Assembly: GCA_951406725.2 (NCBI GenBank) | Contig: OX597815.1 | Coordinates: forward strand, 101,928,001-101,992,000 | Direction: 5' to 3' | From: Octopus vulgaris | Lineage: Eukaryota | DNA: 64,000 nucleotides | Shown: positions 1 to 14,973 of the stretch, piece by piece | How positions within the stretch are numbered: position 1 is the first letter of the stretch | Layout: every line of letters begins with the position of its first letter | Program-made: the position numbers and the translations under genes | The notes under the pieces: generated by a model | Database searches by the model: none | The model's input: only the letters and a program-made list of their open reading frames with translations | Told to the model about the DNA's origin: nothing

Positions 1-295
1 AAAACAAAGGAAAAAAAAGAGAGTCACTTACTGTAATGTGTTTTTTGCATGACATTATTGCCTGAGGTTACCGTGGTCTTTTCCGTTGGCTTTTCTTTCC
101 ACGAATAAACCAAATCTATTTCCCATTTTACACTATGATATTTCTGTTATACACGATCCCTATTGATTGGCTTCCTCCCTTTTTCTCACGATCGAAATGC
201 TATCCCCAACTTTTTTTTTCTTACTTTCCCCCCAAAAAGCTCTACTTTGTATTTTGTCCCCTTGGTCTTCAGCCCTGTGTGGCCAATAAAGAAAC

Positions 296-414
<119 letters not shown>

Positions 415-641
415 GAGCAATTGGTGAGGGATTATCAATCCGGGCAAAATACTTCATACTCTGTTGGCATACCCGGCTAACAATATTACTTAGAACTTCA
501 GGTAATCTTTTGGTAGGGTCCAAGTTTAGGGTTCATCACAATTCTACATTGTAAATCCATGGATGGGATCCAGACAAACTGGTTTTTACACAGAGTAATT
601 TATAAGAAACAACTTTAAAATTATGTTCATTACATATTATG

Positions 642-845
642 CCTTTATTGGAGCAAATTTGGCTTACAGCTGTTTCCAGTAGTCATTATGGGTGCATTAC
701 TGATAGGCTTACTCGGTTGGTCTATCGATCAATTGAGGTTGGTCTATCGATAAAATGAACGATAGACCAATTGAGTAAACCTATCAGTAATGTGCATATA
801 ATGACTACTGGAAACAGCTGTAAGCCATATTTGCTCCAGTAAAGG
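642..845. repeat. long fold-back (86-bp arms, ~32-nt spacer), MITE-like
   Basis: 642-727 is the reverse complement of 760-845 with 9 mismatches. A short related fragment lies at about 27025-27050. Confidence 0.9.
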
Positions 846-2353
846 ACCGTTATTTTTAGCATTTATATATATATATGTGTGTGTGTGCGTATGTGTGTAG
901 TCATACGTACACACATATATGCATATTTGTGTGTGGGTGTGTGTGGTTTCCGTTTATCAAGTTCAATTCACAACGAGGCTAAGTTACATGGAGAATTTCT
1001 TACAGAAGAGAAATATTGACTAGTCTAATGCCTAATACATCGTGGTGTTGACCTCTTTCCCAAAATGACTGGCCTTCAACTGAGAAACACATAGCAGAAA
1101 AATACACCCACATGCCAGCTAATATTTCTCTACTCGCAACTCACTCTCCAAGTGATCGACTATAAGCTAATCCTGAAGCCTCTAGATGACTGAGCGATCT
1201 GATAAAATTAAATTTTAAATCTCCCTTTCACCCTACAGTCTTTAACAACACATTGAGCAATGTAGTCTCAGGTAAATAGTAGGGTGCACTTAAAGGAACT
1301 CACTCTGCCGTTAGCATTTGGTCCGAGTCTCGGATCCCTGGAGCATATTTCCTTCTTTTTTCCGTATCTGTCGTGGCGATCATGCAAAAAGTTGCAGATT
1401 CCGCTTTTTTCTCTTTTAGCTAACCCACTAAAACATTTTTTTTTCAAGAAATAACACAGATGACCACGCTCGAACATCTTTGGTTATCTTTTCGCTGAAC
1501 AAAGGTTAATTAGCGGTTAAACAACAGGAGCAGCAGCTGCGGCAACAGCAGCAGCAGCAGCGGCAACAGCAGCAGCAGTAGCAATAGCAACAAAAATAAC
1601 AAAAGCAACAACCTACTCGGTGACGCTCTTCACCACTTGAATGTATTATTGCCATAACCGAAATTTTTCACGATTTCCAACCCCATAATCTTTTATTAAT
1701 GGATTAATGGAAAAATGTCTATACAAGAATGAGAAAATGTACCTGTTCCTTCTTTGAGTCATCAAATATTTACTTTCAGTTTAAAGCACATGATTTGACT
1801 CGTTTTATTGTTTTTGTTTTTGTTCTTTTCGTAGTTGCTGCTCTTTGTATTCTTATCGTTTGTTGATATTATTCATAAAATAAAATTATATACGACATTC
1901 TACCTGAATAATATATTAGTTTCCTTTGACTTGACACAAAGGTTCTACATATGTCTATTATATAGAATTCTTTACAAACAACCACGAATACTACAACTAC
2001 GACGACTACGATGATAACGATGACAGTAACTACGGCAATGAAGCAACATGCCACGACAGAAGAAGCAAAATACAATAAGAACAACAATTTAATCAGTCAT
2101 TTTGAAAATATATTTTGACAGTTTAAAGACTTTCATGCAAAGCGCTGTTGCTGCTGCTACCACCACCACCACCACCACCACCACCACCACCACCACCATC
2201 ACCAACGCCGCCGCTGCCGCTGCCGTAACCACTTCCACCACCACCACCACCGCGGCCGTCGCGGTGGTGGAGGTGAGATAGTCAATTACTTTGAAAATAT
2301 GAAAGGCGAAGTCGACATCGGCGGAATTTGAACTCAGAATGTAGCGGCAAACG

Positions 2354-2453
<100 letters not shown>

Positions 2454-3039
2454 GTTTCATGTTTTGGCACAAGGCCAGCAATTTGGGGGATTAGATTGAT
2501 CCCAGGATTCAACTGGTACTTATTCGTCTAAACCAGGTTTAGATGAATCGTCTTTAAATCAAATTCTAGTACTTTCGAGAGCAAAACTGTCACACTGTTG
2601 GATGAAGGTGAGCTAAATGAAACAAAATCAGAAGAACGAGTACATGCATGCTTAACAATACTCCAACTATCTTTAGCAATTTATCACAACGCCCACTCCT
2701 CTACAGATTATATTCTGTATCGCTTCTTACAACCCTCTACATACAAGCATCATCTATATGAAACCATGACATCTAAAATGAAACCTGTTCTCCTTCCCTG
2801 AGCAGTGATTTCCAAACGGTTCTCTTATAGATTCATGATTATTTTGTCACTTTCAACAGAACAAAGTACTCAATCGCTCAGAGATACACGCCTCACATTT
2901 CCTAATCTTAGACAAAACTCAATTAAGACTCTTAAAATCACTTCAAAATACTTGGTGTTCTTTCCTGTTGACTCCACAGTTAAAACAGCATCTGAAAGAC
3001 TAGTTTTCGTTGCTATGGCCAGAAATTATGTCGCCATGG

Positions 3040-3400
3040 TCATTTCTGACCCTCTGCAAAGCATAGGTAAGATAATCATTGGATTACTGACCCGTATCTA
3101 GAGCGCTTCTGCTCCCATGCTCAAACGCATCCAAGCTCAAATTCAAATGGCCATACTAATAATTATTAGACTTACTCCCCAAGTCGCTACAATATCTCAC
3201 TAACAGATGTACTTTCTTTATGCTGAGTCTATCGCTACTACAATCACCTCTGCTCCTCCTAACCATCTACTTACATATCACATCCACCCAAGCCTACCCA
3301 AAACATTATTATTTCTGAGACTTATCAGCCGCACGCCTTTTCATGATCCAGGCCCACCATTATCCATCACGCCCAAGCCTTTCTCCATTTATCAGTCATA
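3040..3400 (+). mobile_element. very old LINE ORF2 3' remnant (CR1/L2/Jockey group)
   Basis: Degenerate LTLCKA*VR*SLDY (cf. LYKAQVRP.LEY) and VYRYYNHLCSS. Appears to be the same family as 61980-62800. Confidence 0.55.
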
Positions 3401-4710
3401 TAACATTCCTTCTCTGCGCATGCTTTTCATTTAAACGTCGACATACAAATGCTCAAATTGAACAGCAAAGAGCCTTTGAATGTCATGAGCATTGTCCCTT
3501 CAATCTGATACGATCTTATAAAAACATCAATGTCTTAGTAACAGCTGTGATATATAGGGTGTGTTTCATGGCATTTTTGGCAGATGTCTGTTTCCATAAC
3601 TCCACCAAGCCATGTATATTTGCACAGCCCCCACCAAACCACATATTTTACCCCAACCATGGTAGATCCATGGTTGGGGCAAAAAGAAAAAGAGAGACAG
3701 GGAAAGGTAAGAAATATGTGAGTGAATGAGAGAGAGAGATAGAAGATATTTATCTTGAAAAGTTTTTCTTGGAAAATGTCTTCCATACGTCTACTCGAAA
3801 GAAACCCCAGTTGTTTCTACTAGCAACACATCTGTTGTAGTTATTTAGCTCCAGGTCAGCTCTCATTGAGCAAACTGAGAGTCATACGCTTTCCAGGCGT
3901 AACCATCATAGGCTCTTTATCAACCATGTCTTTATTTTTTAAAGCTGGTTGGGTGTGAATTTAGACTGGTTAATCTGCTAGGCAGGGTCATTCTCTTATA
4001 ACAATGGAAAAGCACGATATATTTTGATGTGCGTGGGAATGAAGTAGAACGCTAAATTACTTCATACACATCAATCCTTCCAAATTTAGTAATTTTACAT
4101 GTACATGAAACTGAAACTTAAATATTAGTGAACCATTTCACATACTGGAATTCGGATTTTTCTCCAAGTTAACTCGATGAAAAAATCATAGGATACTATA
4201 GTTTTCTCTTTTCCCTCAACCATCATTTGTGTTTGCAAATTAAACTGCAGCATCTTGGGAAATAAGTTCTGCTCTGTGTCGGCAATTAGTAATATAGTTA
4301 TGAGAAAAGAAGAAAAATCCAAGGTTTCGGGCTGAAAAGATCTTTTTCTTTTTTTACTGGTGCCACCAAACGAATATATTGGGGGTTATAATCCCGTGTT
4401 AGCTTGATCCCTTCTGCCTCTCTGGATACGTATTCTTTTTACACGATCTCTGTTGATCATATTGAGTATTTTCTGTCATTCGACAGGCCTACTAAAGTTC
4501 CATGTTTCTCTGCCTGCTACTACTGTTGTCACTACTACCACTGTGGCTACCACTTCTACATGCAATCAGCAATAGTATCTTTTAGTTCTCCTGTTGTGGT
4601 CACTGTTGAAGCTGTTTATATCACTGTTGCGACTACTGTTACTGATATAGCTATTGTTTCCGACCATGTGAGCATTTCTATATTCTTACCGGTGATTTCA
4701 ACATACAAAG

Positions 4711-5061
4711 GGCGGCGAGCTGGCAGAGTCGCTAGCACGTAGGACGAAATGCTTAAGGGTATTTCGTCCGCCGCTGCGTTCTGAGTTCAAATTCCGCTGA
4801 GGTCCGCTTTGCCTTTCATCCTTTCGCGGTCGATTAAATAAGTACCAGTTACGCACTGGGGTCGATATAATCGACTTAATCCGTTTGTCTGTCCTTGTTT
4901 GTCCTCTCTGTGTTTAGCCCCTTGTGGGTAGTAAAGAAATAGAAATAGGTATTTCGCCCGTCGCTACGTTCTGAGTTCAAATTCCGCCGGGGTCCACATT
5001 GCTTTTCATCCTTTCGGGGTCGATTAAATAAGTACCATTTACGCACCGGGGTCGATGTAAT
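4711..5061 (+). mobile_element. tRNA-derived SINE family 1 (GGCGGCGAGCTGGCAGA head), full copy plus tandem partial copy
   Basis: A-box head, GAGTTCAAATTCC B-box, core GCCTTTCATCCTTTCGGGGTCGAT..AATAAGTACCAG (Meta-domain-like, from memory). A second partial unit runs 4948-5061. Confidence 0.9.
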
Positions 5062-7494
5062 GTGAGACCATGTGCTTCCAGTAGAAAAGATTTCAAGATA
5101 TAAGCTATAGGAATTAAATCTAGGCACGCCCAAGTTAAATTTACCGCTATGCCCACAAGCTAGCACTAAAACAGGAAATCACTTTTAATTTCATTTATTC
5201 TTTTTTAATGTGAAACCTCTGAAGTGTGGAAATTGACACAATAAAAGTTGGTGTTGTAAGCCTTTTGTATATGAGGTGCAAAATATAAATTGTAAGTGGC
5301 TGTAGTCATTTATTCAGATAAAGGGCGAGAACTTGTCGAAAGGAGGTAAAAAACTGCAATACACATTTCCTTTCGGCGATCGTAACAATAATAGCAACTC
5401 CTACCTGCTAAAAAATCTCACTAGCAGAAACAGTAATAAAAACAACACCACGAACAATGATAATTGTTTCCCATTTAGGCATTCTTGAGGGAGAGGGTTA
5501 ATCTATACCAAAAGACTTAGTATTGTACTACTACTTTATTTTAACCATCTCGAAAGAATGAAAAGTAAAGTTGGTCTTGGCAAGATTTGAGCCGAAACAA
5601 GTACTACAAAGCATTTTTCCAAAGTTCTAACAATTTTGCCAGCTCGCTGTCTTATTGTTTCTAAAACAGGTGCAAAGCCTGAAATAAGGTAGGTGGGTAG
5701 CGTTAGTCGATACCATCAATCTAAGTACTTAACTGGTGCCTGTTTTATCGATCTCAGGAGGTGATGAGGACAGTTAAAGTTGATGCCTGCAGGATTTGAA
5801 CAAAGAACGTAAAAAGCCAGAACAAATGCTCTTGCAATTCTTCTAGCTCTCCATCATCCACCACTAAGAATAATAACAATAAAGAATTTTAACAAGAAAA
5901 TATTTTCATTTATTTATATCAGAATATTAAAAATGTAAAAAATAAAAATAGAACATTTAAAAAAATTTTATATGAATGCTGTTGTTTTTCTTTAATAAGA
6001 CAGGAATCAAATGCAGAAATTATTCCATTCATGTTAGAGAACGTATTTTCTAATTCAAAAGAAACAAGGACCGATTAAATTCTTTATCTTTTGCTCTTTT
6101 ACTGGTTCCAATAATGGCACTAAGAGCATTCTAGGAATAATTTTATTTATTTTCCGATCGATGTTAACAATTTCTTTTAAACAAGGCAATGTCATTTAAT
6201 GATCATAGCTTAAATAATAGTTCTCTTACTCCCTATAAAGAATTACACCAAACCGAAGATTACATTTTTCTCATAGCACCTTGTGAATAGTTATTCTTTC
6301 TTCCAAACAGTAAAATATAGAGATCAGAGGTTGTAGGATTGGTATCCATGCTTCGTATTGTATTTTGACCGAATGAGTCTATGCTGTTATCAAAGAAGAA
6401 AAAAAAAACATTCTTCAAATACTCTTTTGTAACTCTACATAGGGAGAAGCCGAAAACTCCTACAAACACAAAGGTAGCTGTTGATGACAGAAAGGAATTT
6501 CATTAGACGTTTCGAACTTGAAACGACGACATCCATAATATATCCTTTTTTCCCTTCTGTCATCTCATATTCTACCTTTTGTTTCTCTTCTCCTACATCT
6601 CTCTTACTCTCTATCTTTCTCTCTCACTCTCTCTCTATATATTGATGTAAAAAAAAAATATGTATTTAATTTTTATTATTTAATATTTTTCTAGTTTACT
6701 TTATCTATAACTCTGTACTTCTGAACTCCCTCCGCCGAAGATGCTTTTCACAGATAGTGAAATAATCTTTCTTGGAAAAGAATTCATTTAAGCATAGTAA
6801 AAAAATACTTTTCTTACAATCATATGAAAATTGTTTTGGTGATATTAAATTTACAGTTTATAATTTCTAATGTATACCTCGGCGTAAAATTGAATGCTAT
6901 AAATAATTTCGAAATTACTGAAAATAATTCATTTGTTGCGTGATTCTTCTCATTGAGAAAACTTTTAACCTGCAGTATGTGTTTCTCATATATATATATA
7001 TAAAATTATATATATGTGATATATATATATATATGATATATATGATATGTATGTTATATATGCTTACGTCAATGAATGTATATACATACATGCATACTTA
7101 CACACACACACACACACTCACACAAATGGTGTTTGATTTACAGATATTTAAGATCTTGAAATTGTGAAATTGTACAATGTAGGTGGACATTAATTCTTCC
7201 TGCTATGCCATCATGAATTTTATTATGTACCACCACGAATCATGAATGTCCATGTAATTCTTTTTTCTTCTAATATACTGCATTTTACAAATATCAAGTC
7301 CTGTTTGAATCACGGTATTCGTAGAAAATCCTTCATTGGCAAATCTTCGTTTTAATCACAAAAAAGCAAAACCTTACATTTCGTTTCTTTCCACTTTTCT
7401 TTTTTTGTTTTTGTATATATATATCTGTGTGTGTGTGTGTGTATACATATATACATACATACGTATGTTTGTATGTATGTATGTATGTGTCTGT

Positions 7495-7604
7495 TCACTT
7501 GTTAACAAGCGTATTACTGGGTTTATTCAGATCTAAATTATTCTGCATAAGGTTTATTACCAAGTTGTTCAAGCTGTTCAGATTCATGTCAAAATCAGAG
7601 AATC
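7495..7604 (-). CDS. Id/Emc-like HLH protein, probable terminal coding exon
   Basis: Very strong polypyrimidine acceptor (tttcatttcttcttttaattctag|GA). Read in phase 1, as the previous donor requires, it gives (G)FSDFDMNLNSLNNLVINLMQNNLDLNKPSNTLVNK*, with TGA at 7497-7495. An AATAAA lies on the - strand at about 7224-7219. Confidence 0.7.
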
Positions 7605-7769
7605 CTAGAATTAAAAGAAGAAATGAAAAAAAGGAGATGTTAAAACTGATAAATAACAAAATCAAACGACATAAAAATAAAATTTCTTGAATATTTTTGT
7701 TTTAAAGAAATTTTATGCATACAACATTCTGGAAAGTTGATCACGCTGTTCATATATATATATGCACCC

Positions 7770-7939
<170 letters not shown>

Positions 7940-8292
7940 ATCAAATGACTAGTAATTAAACTAGTGGCCTCTATCAAATGAAGGAGAGAAAACGTACAGA
8001 ATGTTGAGGATGAATAACGTACACATACGAAAGTGTATGTACGCGTGTATAATCGACTTAATCAGTCAACCACTTCTGTAGTCTTAGCTGGTAATGGTAT
8101 ACTTGGGTCCATCGTGTGTGAGGGATAATTAGCAATATATCGGCATAACTTATGCAGTCGTAATGGTTGAATTATTAAAAAATTGTGTTCGAGTACAATT
8201 TTTTTTTAATACACTTAGACGAAATGTAAATTGCCATCTTACTTCTCAGTCTGAAGAAGCCATTCTCCAGTAAAATTTCATCCAGGCGGTAC

Positions 8293-8394
<102 letters not shown>

Positions 8395-9124
8395 GAAACA
8401 CGAGACAAAACCAGACAGATGTTTGTTGATAAGCGTAGCGTCCTATATAGAATTTCACAAATTCTTAGGATATTAACTATGGAAGCATACGGTCACACAG
8501 TCTTTTGCCCGGCCATAACGTTTTATAGGTTACAGTAGCATTCCTGCGAAGTGTAGTATCTGCTACAATGCGCAGTAACAATACATTGCTATCAATACTT
8601 CATTCAGAAGTTGAGGTTGAGAAAGCCTTGAAATGGGATGGTAGTTCCAAACTAGACATAAAAGAAGGATCTTTTCCGATTGGCTGCACTTATTGGTAGA
8701 CTTTAAATTGGTAGACTTTAAAAACTATTAAATCTTTATTTATTGATTTATTACGAAAATGAATTTCATGTCAATAATTACCATACACAGCTACACCAAT
8801 ACACTAAATATGAAATCAATTGGAACAAAAATTGAAGAAATTGAAAAGTGGTAGCAAAACAGAAAAGATCTCAAAGAAATAAAAGAACATATTAATATGA
8901 AAGATGAAATTCAAACACACTTGTGCTTATATATCTGTGTGTGTGTGTGTGTGTGTGTGTGTGCTTATATGTGGGCGGTGCGTGCATGTGTGTAATAGCG
9001 AAATATTTGAATCAAGGATCAGGGAGATTATGTTGCAAAGAGGACTCAGTACTAACAATATAGATAACTGCTCTCTCTTTCTCCCTCTCTTTCTGTCTAT
9101 ATATTTATATATAGAGAAAGAGTG

Positions 9125-9183
<59 letters not shown>

Positions 9184-10484
9184 GTAATATACATGTGTGT
9201 GTGTGTGTGCGTGTGTGTGTAAAAAGAGTGAGAGAGGAGAGAAACGCAGACGAAGAAGAGAGGGAAGAGAACGGAAAGCAAGCAATGGAAGGAGGAAATA
9301 GAAGGAGAAAAAGAGAATGGTAAAAAAAAAAATAATAATAAAAGATAAAGAAACAAGATAGAAAGACAGAATCAAAGAGACAGGCAGACAGAAAAAAAAA
9401 AAGAGAAGGAGTAGAGAAAGTGAATAAGAAGTAGAATGATGTTTGTAATTTCACGAAATAGAAATTTATGTAAACTGGGGGTTTACTTTTATCCTAGCAA
9501 CGTATCGTTGTAATAAAATGTTGATAGGAAACTTTATTCGTGACGAACAATCCAAAAACATAGCAACAAAACTATGAAACAAAATACTACTGTTTGCTAT
9601 TTTCTATTTAACTTGAAAATCATTAAACATATAAACACGATTTTCTCCTACTTCATTTCAGAGTCAAATGCCATCAATATTGTTTCCTTTTCAAATTTGC
9701 AAATGTTTTGTTTTCTTTTTGCCGCCACGATATTTTCATTGTTTTACTCATTTATTTATTTTTTTTATATTCATAATTTCCTCTTTAGCCTACTCATAAA
9801 GATTTAAAGAATTGTAATTAACAAGCATGTAACGAATAAATAAACAAATAAATAAATAAAGCAATTAAATGTTACAAGGATGTTCATTGGCTGAACAATA
9901 CATTTCTCGAATCTTCCACAGCTTTATACGATTTTACTATTAATAGACAAATGGCACAAGGCAATCTCAGAAATCTTAGACTGAGAATAAATTGTTCTTT
10001 CTGAATGGACGGCGTCTCTGAATATTTTATTTCTGAAACACCTCTTGTTTGGTTCCCACCGACGTTTTACTCCGGATAAGCTGGCCCCAGAGGGAGAACG
10101 ACTGGAAGCCTCGAAGACGTTTATGGTCTCAGTTTATTCATGAACTCGGAATGGATGAAACGTCTCGATCAGACGCGGATGTCTTGGGCGCACGCGACGA
10201 ATGCACGGGGCCAAGGGAACCACTATTCCTAACCAGAACTTGTGATGTGGGATGCACAACCACTGTGCAATATCATGTAATTACATGATGACTGAGAAAA
10301 TACTTCAGGGCAACCTAGTGCAGCTAAAATACGAACATCATAATGTGTCGTGTTATATTGTGTGTTGGAAAACTTCAATTAACTAAATTTATCCTTGCAA
10401 GTAGAAGACCTTAGTCTTCTCAGTTAAATAGACCATGCTTTCAATACTGGATTTCGATTATGGCGGCGAGCTGGCAGAAACGTT

Positions 10485-10524
<40 letters not shown>

Positions 10525-10539
10525 AGACGGGCTTCTGTC

Positions 10540-11313
10540 TTAGTGTTGTGATGTGCTGAGAGCACGATTTCTGTAGAGAGCCAAGCACGGGGACCAAGCC
10601 TTGGGTGGATTTTAAAAGTGATACCGATATCATTCGGGCAATACTGTCGGAACAATTTCCACATCATACAAATAATAAAGCGCTTTCGGTGGCGCTGGAG
10701 AGAGTATACAGTTTGAGATTCGCGAGTCGATCTCAGTATTTGAGACCAGACATGCCATCAGTCTTTTTTTTTTTTTTTCGTAATTGATCTCAGGGATGCT
10801 TCAAGCCTATTAATATTCTGGCTCGTGTAGGGAGACCATAGCGGACAACAGTGTTCAAGGTGAGGGCGGGTGAAGGTAGAAAAAAAGAAGGATAATGGTT
10901 GGAGTATCTCTAGACTGGAAAGCCCTGAGGATCCAGGAGCACGCCCTGCGGGCCATATCGAATTTCTTGTTTATGTAGATATTACAACCTAAGTTATCGC
11001 CGACAGTCACACCGAAGTCCCTAGCAGTGTTTGATGCCGTGATATGTTCGCCTGAAGGAAGAATATATGGTTGTTTAAGTGCAGCCTCTTTACCAAAGTG
11101 GTTTATCTCAAACTTCTCGTTCAGTTGCATGCTATGTTTCTATGCCCAGGTCTGATTGAAGATTTGTTCGGTCTCCCATCCTGTCGACAACCTTCAGAAG
11201 CTTAGAGTCATCCGCGAAAGTTTTTAAGTTACTGTATTTAAGGACCCTGATGATGTCATTTATGTAGATAAGGAACAGGAGTGGGTCTAACACAGTGCCT
11301 TGTGGGACACCAC
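10540..11313 (-). mobile_element. LINE (CR1-like) reverse transcriptase 3' fragment
   Basis: - strand translation includes GVPQGTVLDPLLFLIYIND...KTFADDSKLL, then MQLN..K...HFGK...RDFGVTV...ARRACSWILRAF, with frameshifts. Confidence 0.9.
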
Positions 11314-11586
11314 GCTCAAGGTGCCATTGAACCTGGAACCATGTGGTTGGTAATCAAGCTTCTTACCACATACCTACGCATACAATACCTACAATTTTCT
11401 GGCAGAATCCATTGAGTAGCTAACTTAAACGAAATGTAACATTTAATTACATTCCCCTACGTCCTAATTTCTAGTTCCGTCATAGTCAACATTTCCTTTA
11501 TTTGGATTCAATGAAGCAGAGTACCAACTAAGTAATAGGGATCGGAGTAGTTGACAATATGTTCCTTCTGATTTTGGCAAGAAATA

Positions 11587-11782
11587 TTTTTTCTACACTA
11601 GGCAAAAAGCAAATTCGGGGAGGGGGTAAGTCGGTTACATTGACCTCAGTACGCAACTGGTACTTAATTTATCGACCCCGAAAGGATGAAAGGCAAAGTT
11701 GACCTCGGTGGAATTTGAACTCAGAACGTAAATACCGCTAGGTATTTCGCCCTGTGTGCTAACGTTTCTGCCAGCTAGCCGA
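11587..11782 (-). mobile_element. SINE family 1
   Basis: Same core and head in reverse. Older copies also lie at about 2299, 5465, 5655, 20170, 22020, 29310, 33500, 47840, 52060, 54170, 55848 and 60800. Confidence 0.85.
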
Positions 11783-13993
11783 CTTTTTGGTAGAAAATAT
11801 TATTTAGTTGTGTCTGTTATATTCATCGATTAAATCTCGATGAAGTCGGCTTTGACGATCATCCTTTACGGTTCACTGCACAAATACGAAACCATTTTTA
11901 CGAATACAGATACACATCGAAACCCCATTCTGTCAAAGTGATTTCTGTTTTAACTATTTAGTAAAGAACTGACTTGTCTTCAGGTTCGAGTATAGCAATC
12001 ACCTTTTCCCAAATATTTAAGGTCTTCGATACAATTATCTGAGTGCTTGTTCTAACCATTATTATACATACAGAATGCTATTGTAAAGGGATAGCTATAT
12101 AGGGAGGAAATATACATACATTCGTATACACATACATAATATTAGTATACGTGTGTGTGTGTGAGAGAGAGAGAAAGAGAGAGAGAGAGGGAAAGAGAGG
12201 CAGAGAGAGGAAATAGATGGTATATATTGATAAGTAGATAGGTATAAATGCAGATAGATACATAGTACATAGGAGTACAGTAGAATATCCTCCAAATTCA
12301 TAAAAAATAATATGCTTTTATTCATGTATTTAGTGAATTCACCTAATGATAATACCAGCTGCTCACTTGATACAAAGGTTAGTACCACAATAGCTTTCTG
12401 TGATTGACAGACGGACAAATATGGAGGCACCTAGTAGAATTGACGATGTTTCATGTACATCAATCTACCTTTACACGTGTTCAGATTTGTGTAGAGAACA
12501 CAAAGGTCCAATGTTCCCACGCTGACTTCAGCTAAGCTATTCTATCTGTGAAACACGCATGCGCAAATCAAACGCATACAAGATATCGTATACAAACACA
12601 AAGGCACATATGGACAAATACGTATAGTCATACACGCATATATATATATGTGAGTGCGTGCGTGTATACACTCATACACATATGCATATACATACAAACA
12701 CGCGCACTTACAGACTCGCCAAGACGGCCTATTGCCATATGGCAGCCCTCTTTTCTCGTCAAACAAACCTCTAAAATATTTTCTCTTGCCACCCGTTAGA
12801 AGTGCTATGATCCTTTATTTGTTCGGGTCATGCACCCGATACCCAGTTCTACCATTCTCACACTAATACAACAGTCACCCAATGAATATACAAAATCACC
12901 AACTGAATACCGTCTCTGTCTCCGACCCTCTTTCTCTCTCTTTTTCTCCCCCTCTTCTTCTTTCCCTCTGTTTTTCTTTTCTTTCTACCTATCTATGTTC
13001 CTTTTATTATTCCTAGCTCGCCTCTACCTCTCGTTCGTTCATTCTCTGAGAATCCACACAGGTTTGTATGCAGTCGCATAGATGCACGCACGCACATACA
13101 CACACACGTAAACACAAAGCGAAAATAAAAGAGGCCACCCATTCACTTATTCCTCCTGTCAGCCATCATCCAAATACACCCACCCACTCCACTCTACTCA
13201 CACACGTTCCACACGCGCTGTCGGCTGAGATAGTTAAACGCTAACACTTGAGTTGTGGATACGTCACTGACATTTTTTCAGCAAGGTGCTGGGAAAGAAA
13301 CCATCTGTTTGCGGTAGGCATCAGCTAATACTGCCCTCACCCTATCATAACAACTACCATCATCAACATGGTAACCACTAACAGCCTCATCTACCACAAC
13401 TACCGTCGTTAATCACAGCATCCACGCGCCCACAAATCAGCATCTTTAAGGTTGTTCGACTTGCTAAACATAGTAGCTAAATCTGCCTAAAATCACAACC
13501 TTCTGTCTTAAGACGAGGGTATATTCCATATCAGACATTATAATCTACCTGACCAGAGCAAATCTAGGGTTTAACTAGAAAAAGAAAAAACAGCCGCACA
13601 CCACTACCACTACCACCACGACCACGATGACCACCACCACCACTGTCTCCAACGCCATCATTATGTAGTAACGAGAAAGCTTCTACAAGCACTCTCGATC
13701 TGGTGGAAATAGCAGCTAGCACTCAGCACTCAGCACTCATTCAGTCAATACCCTATCAGCTTAGAGGTAAACATATTAGATATTATACTCCGAGGCACAC
13801 TCAATCTGGAATGGTCACGGTTAGAAGGAGTGCGATTTTAACATGCTGCATCAGGACAACCCATGGTTAAGCAATAACGAGAGCACAAACAAAAACAAAA
13901 AAAAATATTAACAACTAAGAGAAACTGGAAACTAAAACTGCAAAGTAAAGATGAGCATGCTGGATTAGGGGAAGTAAGAACACACACAGGTTT

Positions 13994-14777
13994 ATGTATG
14001 TATGTATGTATGTATGTATGTATGTATGTATGTATGTATGTATGTATGTATGTATGTATGTATGTATGTGTGTATGTATGTATGTATGTATGTATGTATG
14101 TATGTATGTATGTATGTGTGTGTGTGTATGTGTGTGTATGTATGTATGTGTGTGTATGTATATATGTATGTATGTATGTACATACATATGTATGTATGTA
14201 TGCTTGTATGTATGTATGTATGTACGTATGTATGTATGTGTGTATGTACGTAATACGAATGTATGCTATATGTATGTACGTACGTACGTATGGATGTATG
14301 TGTGTGTGAATGCATGTATGTCTTTTCATGTATGCATGTATGTGTGTAAGTATATATGAGTGCGTGTATCTATGAATGTATGTGTATATGAAGGTATGCA
14401 TGTATATATGCATTTATTTACGCATTTACGTTTGAATGTATGCATTTATGTTTGTCTGCATGTATGTATGAATGCATGCATGTATAAATGTATACATGTA
14501 TACATGTATGCATGCATGTATGTATGTATGCATGTATGTATATGTGTATGCAGTCTCTTTAGGGAGATAGCTGTTTTCATTTCATCTGTCGACTGAGACC
14601 TTCAGGCACGAAACTCAGAGTAAAGCTATCTCTACATCAGTATCATGTACTCTTTCTATAATTCTGTATTCTTTTTCTCTGCACACATGCTTATATACAA
14701 ACATACACACAAACACAAATTTCCATATATAAATATATGTATATATACATACATACATACATACATACATACATACA

Positions 14778-14812
<35 letters not shown>

Positions 14813-14930
14813 GTATATACATATATTAATATATGGATACATGTATATAAATATATATACACATCTATATATATGGGTATATGTATATAAATATATGCAT
14901 ATATTTATATACATATATCCTTATATATAG

Positions 14931-14973
<43 letters not shown>

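Noticed and set aside
1268-1477. 69-aa - strand ORF with a GTGAGT donor
   Set aside because: No acceptor, no recognisable domain, and it lies beyond the HLH stop codon.
6733-6775. CCGAAGATGC...GTGAAA hammerhead-like string
   Set aside because: Stems I and III cannot be formed.
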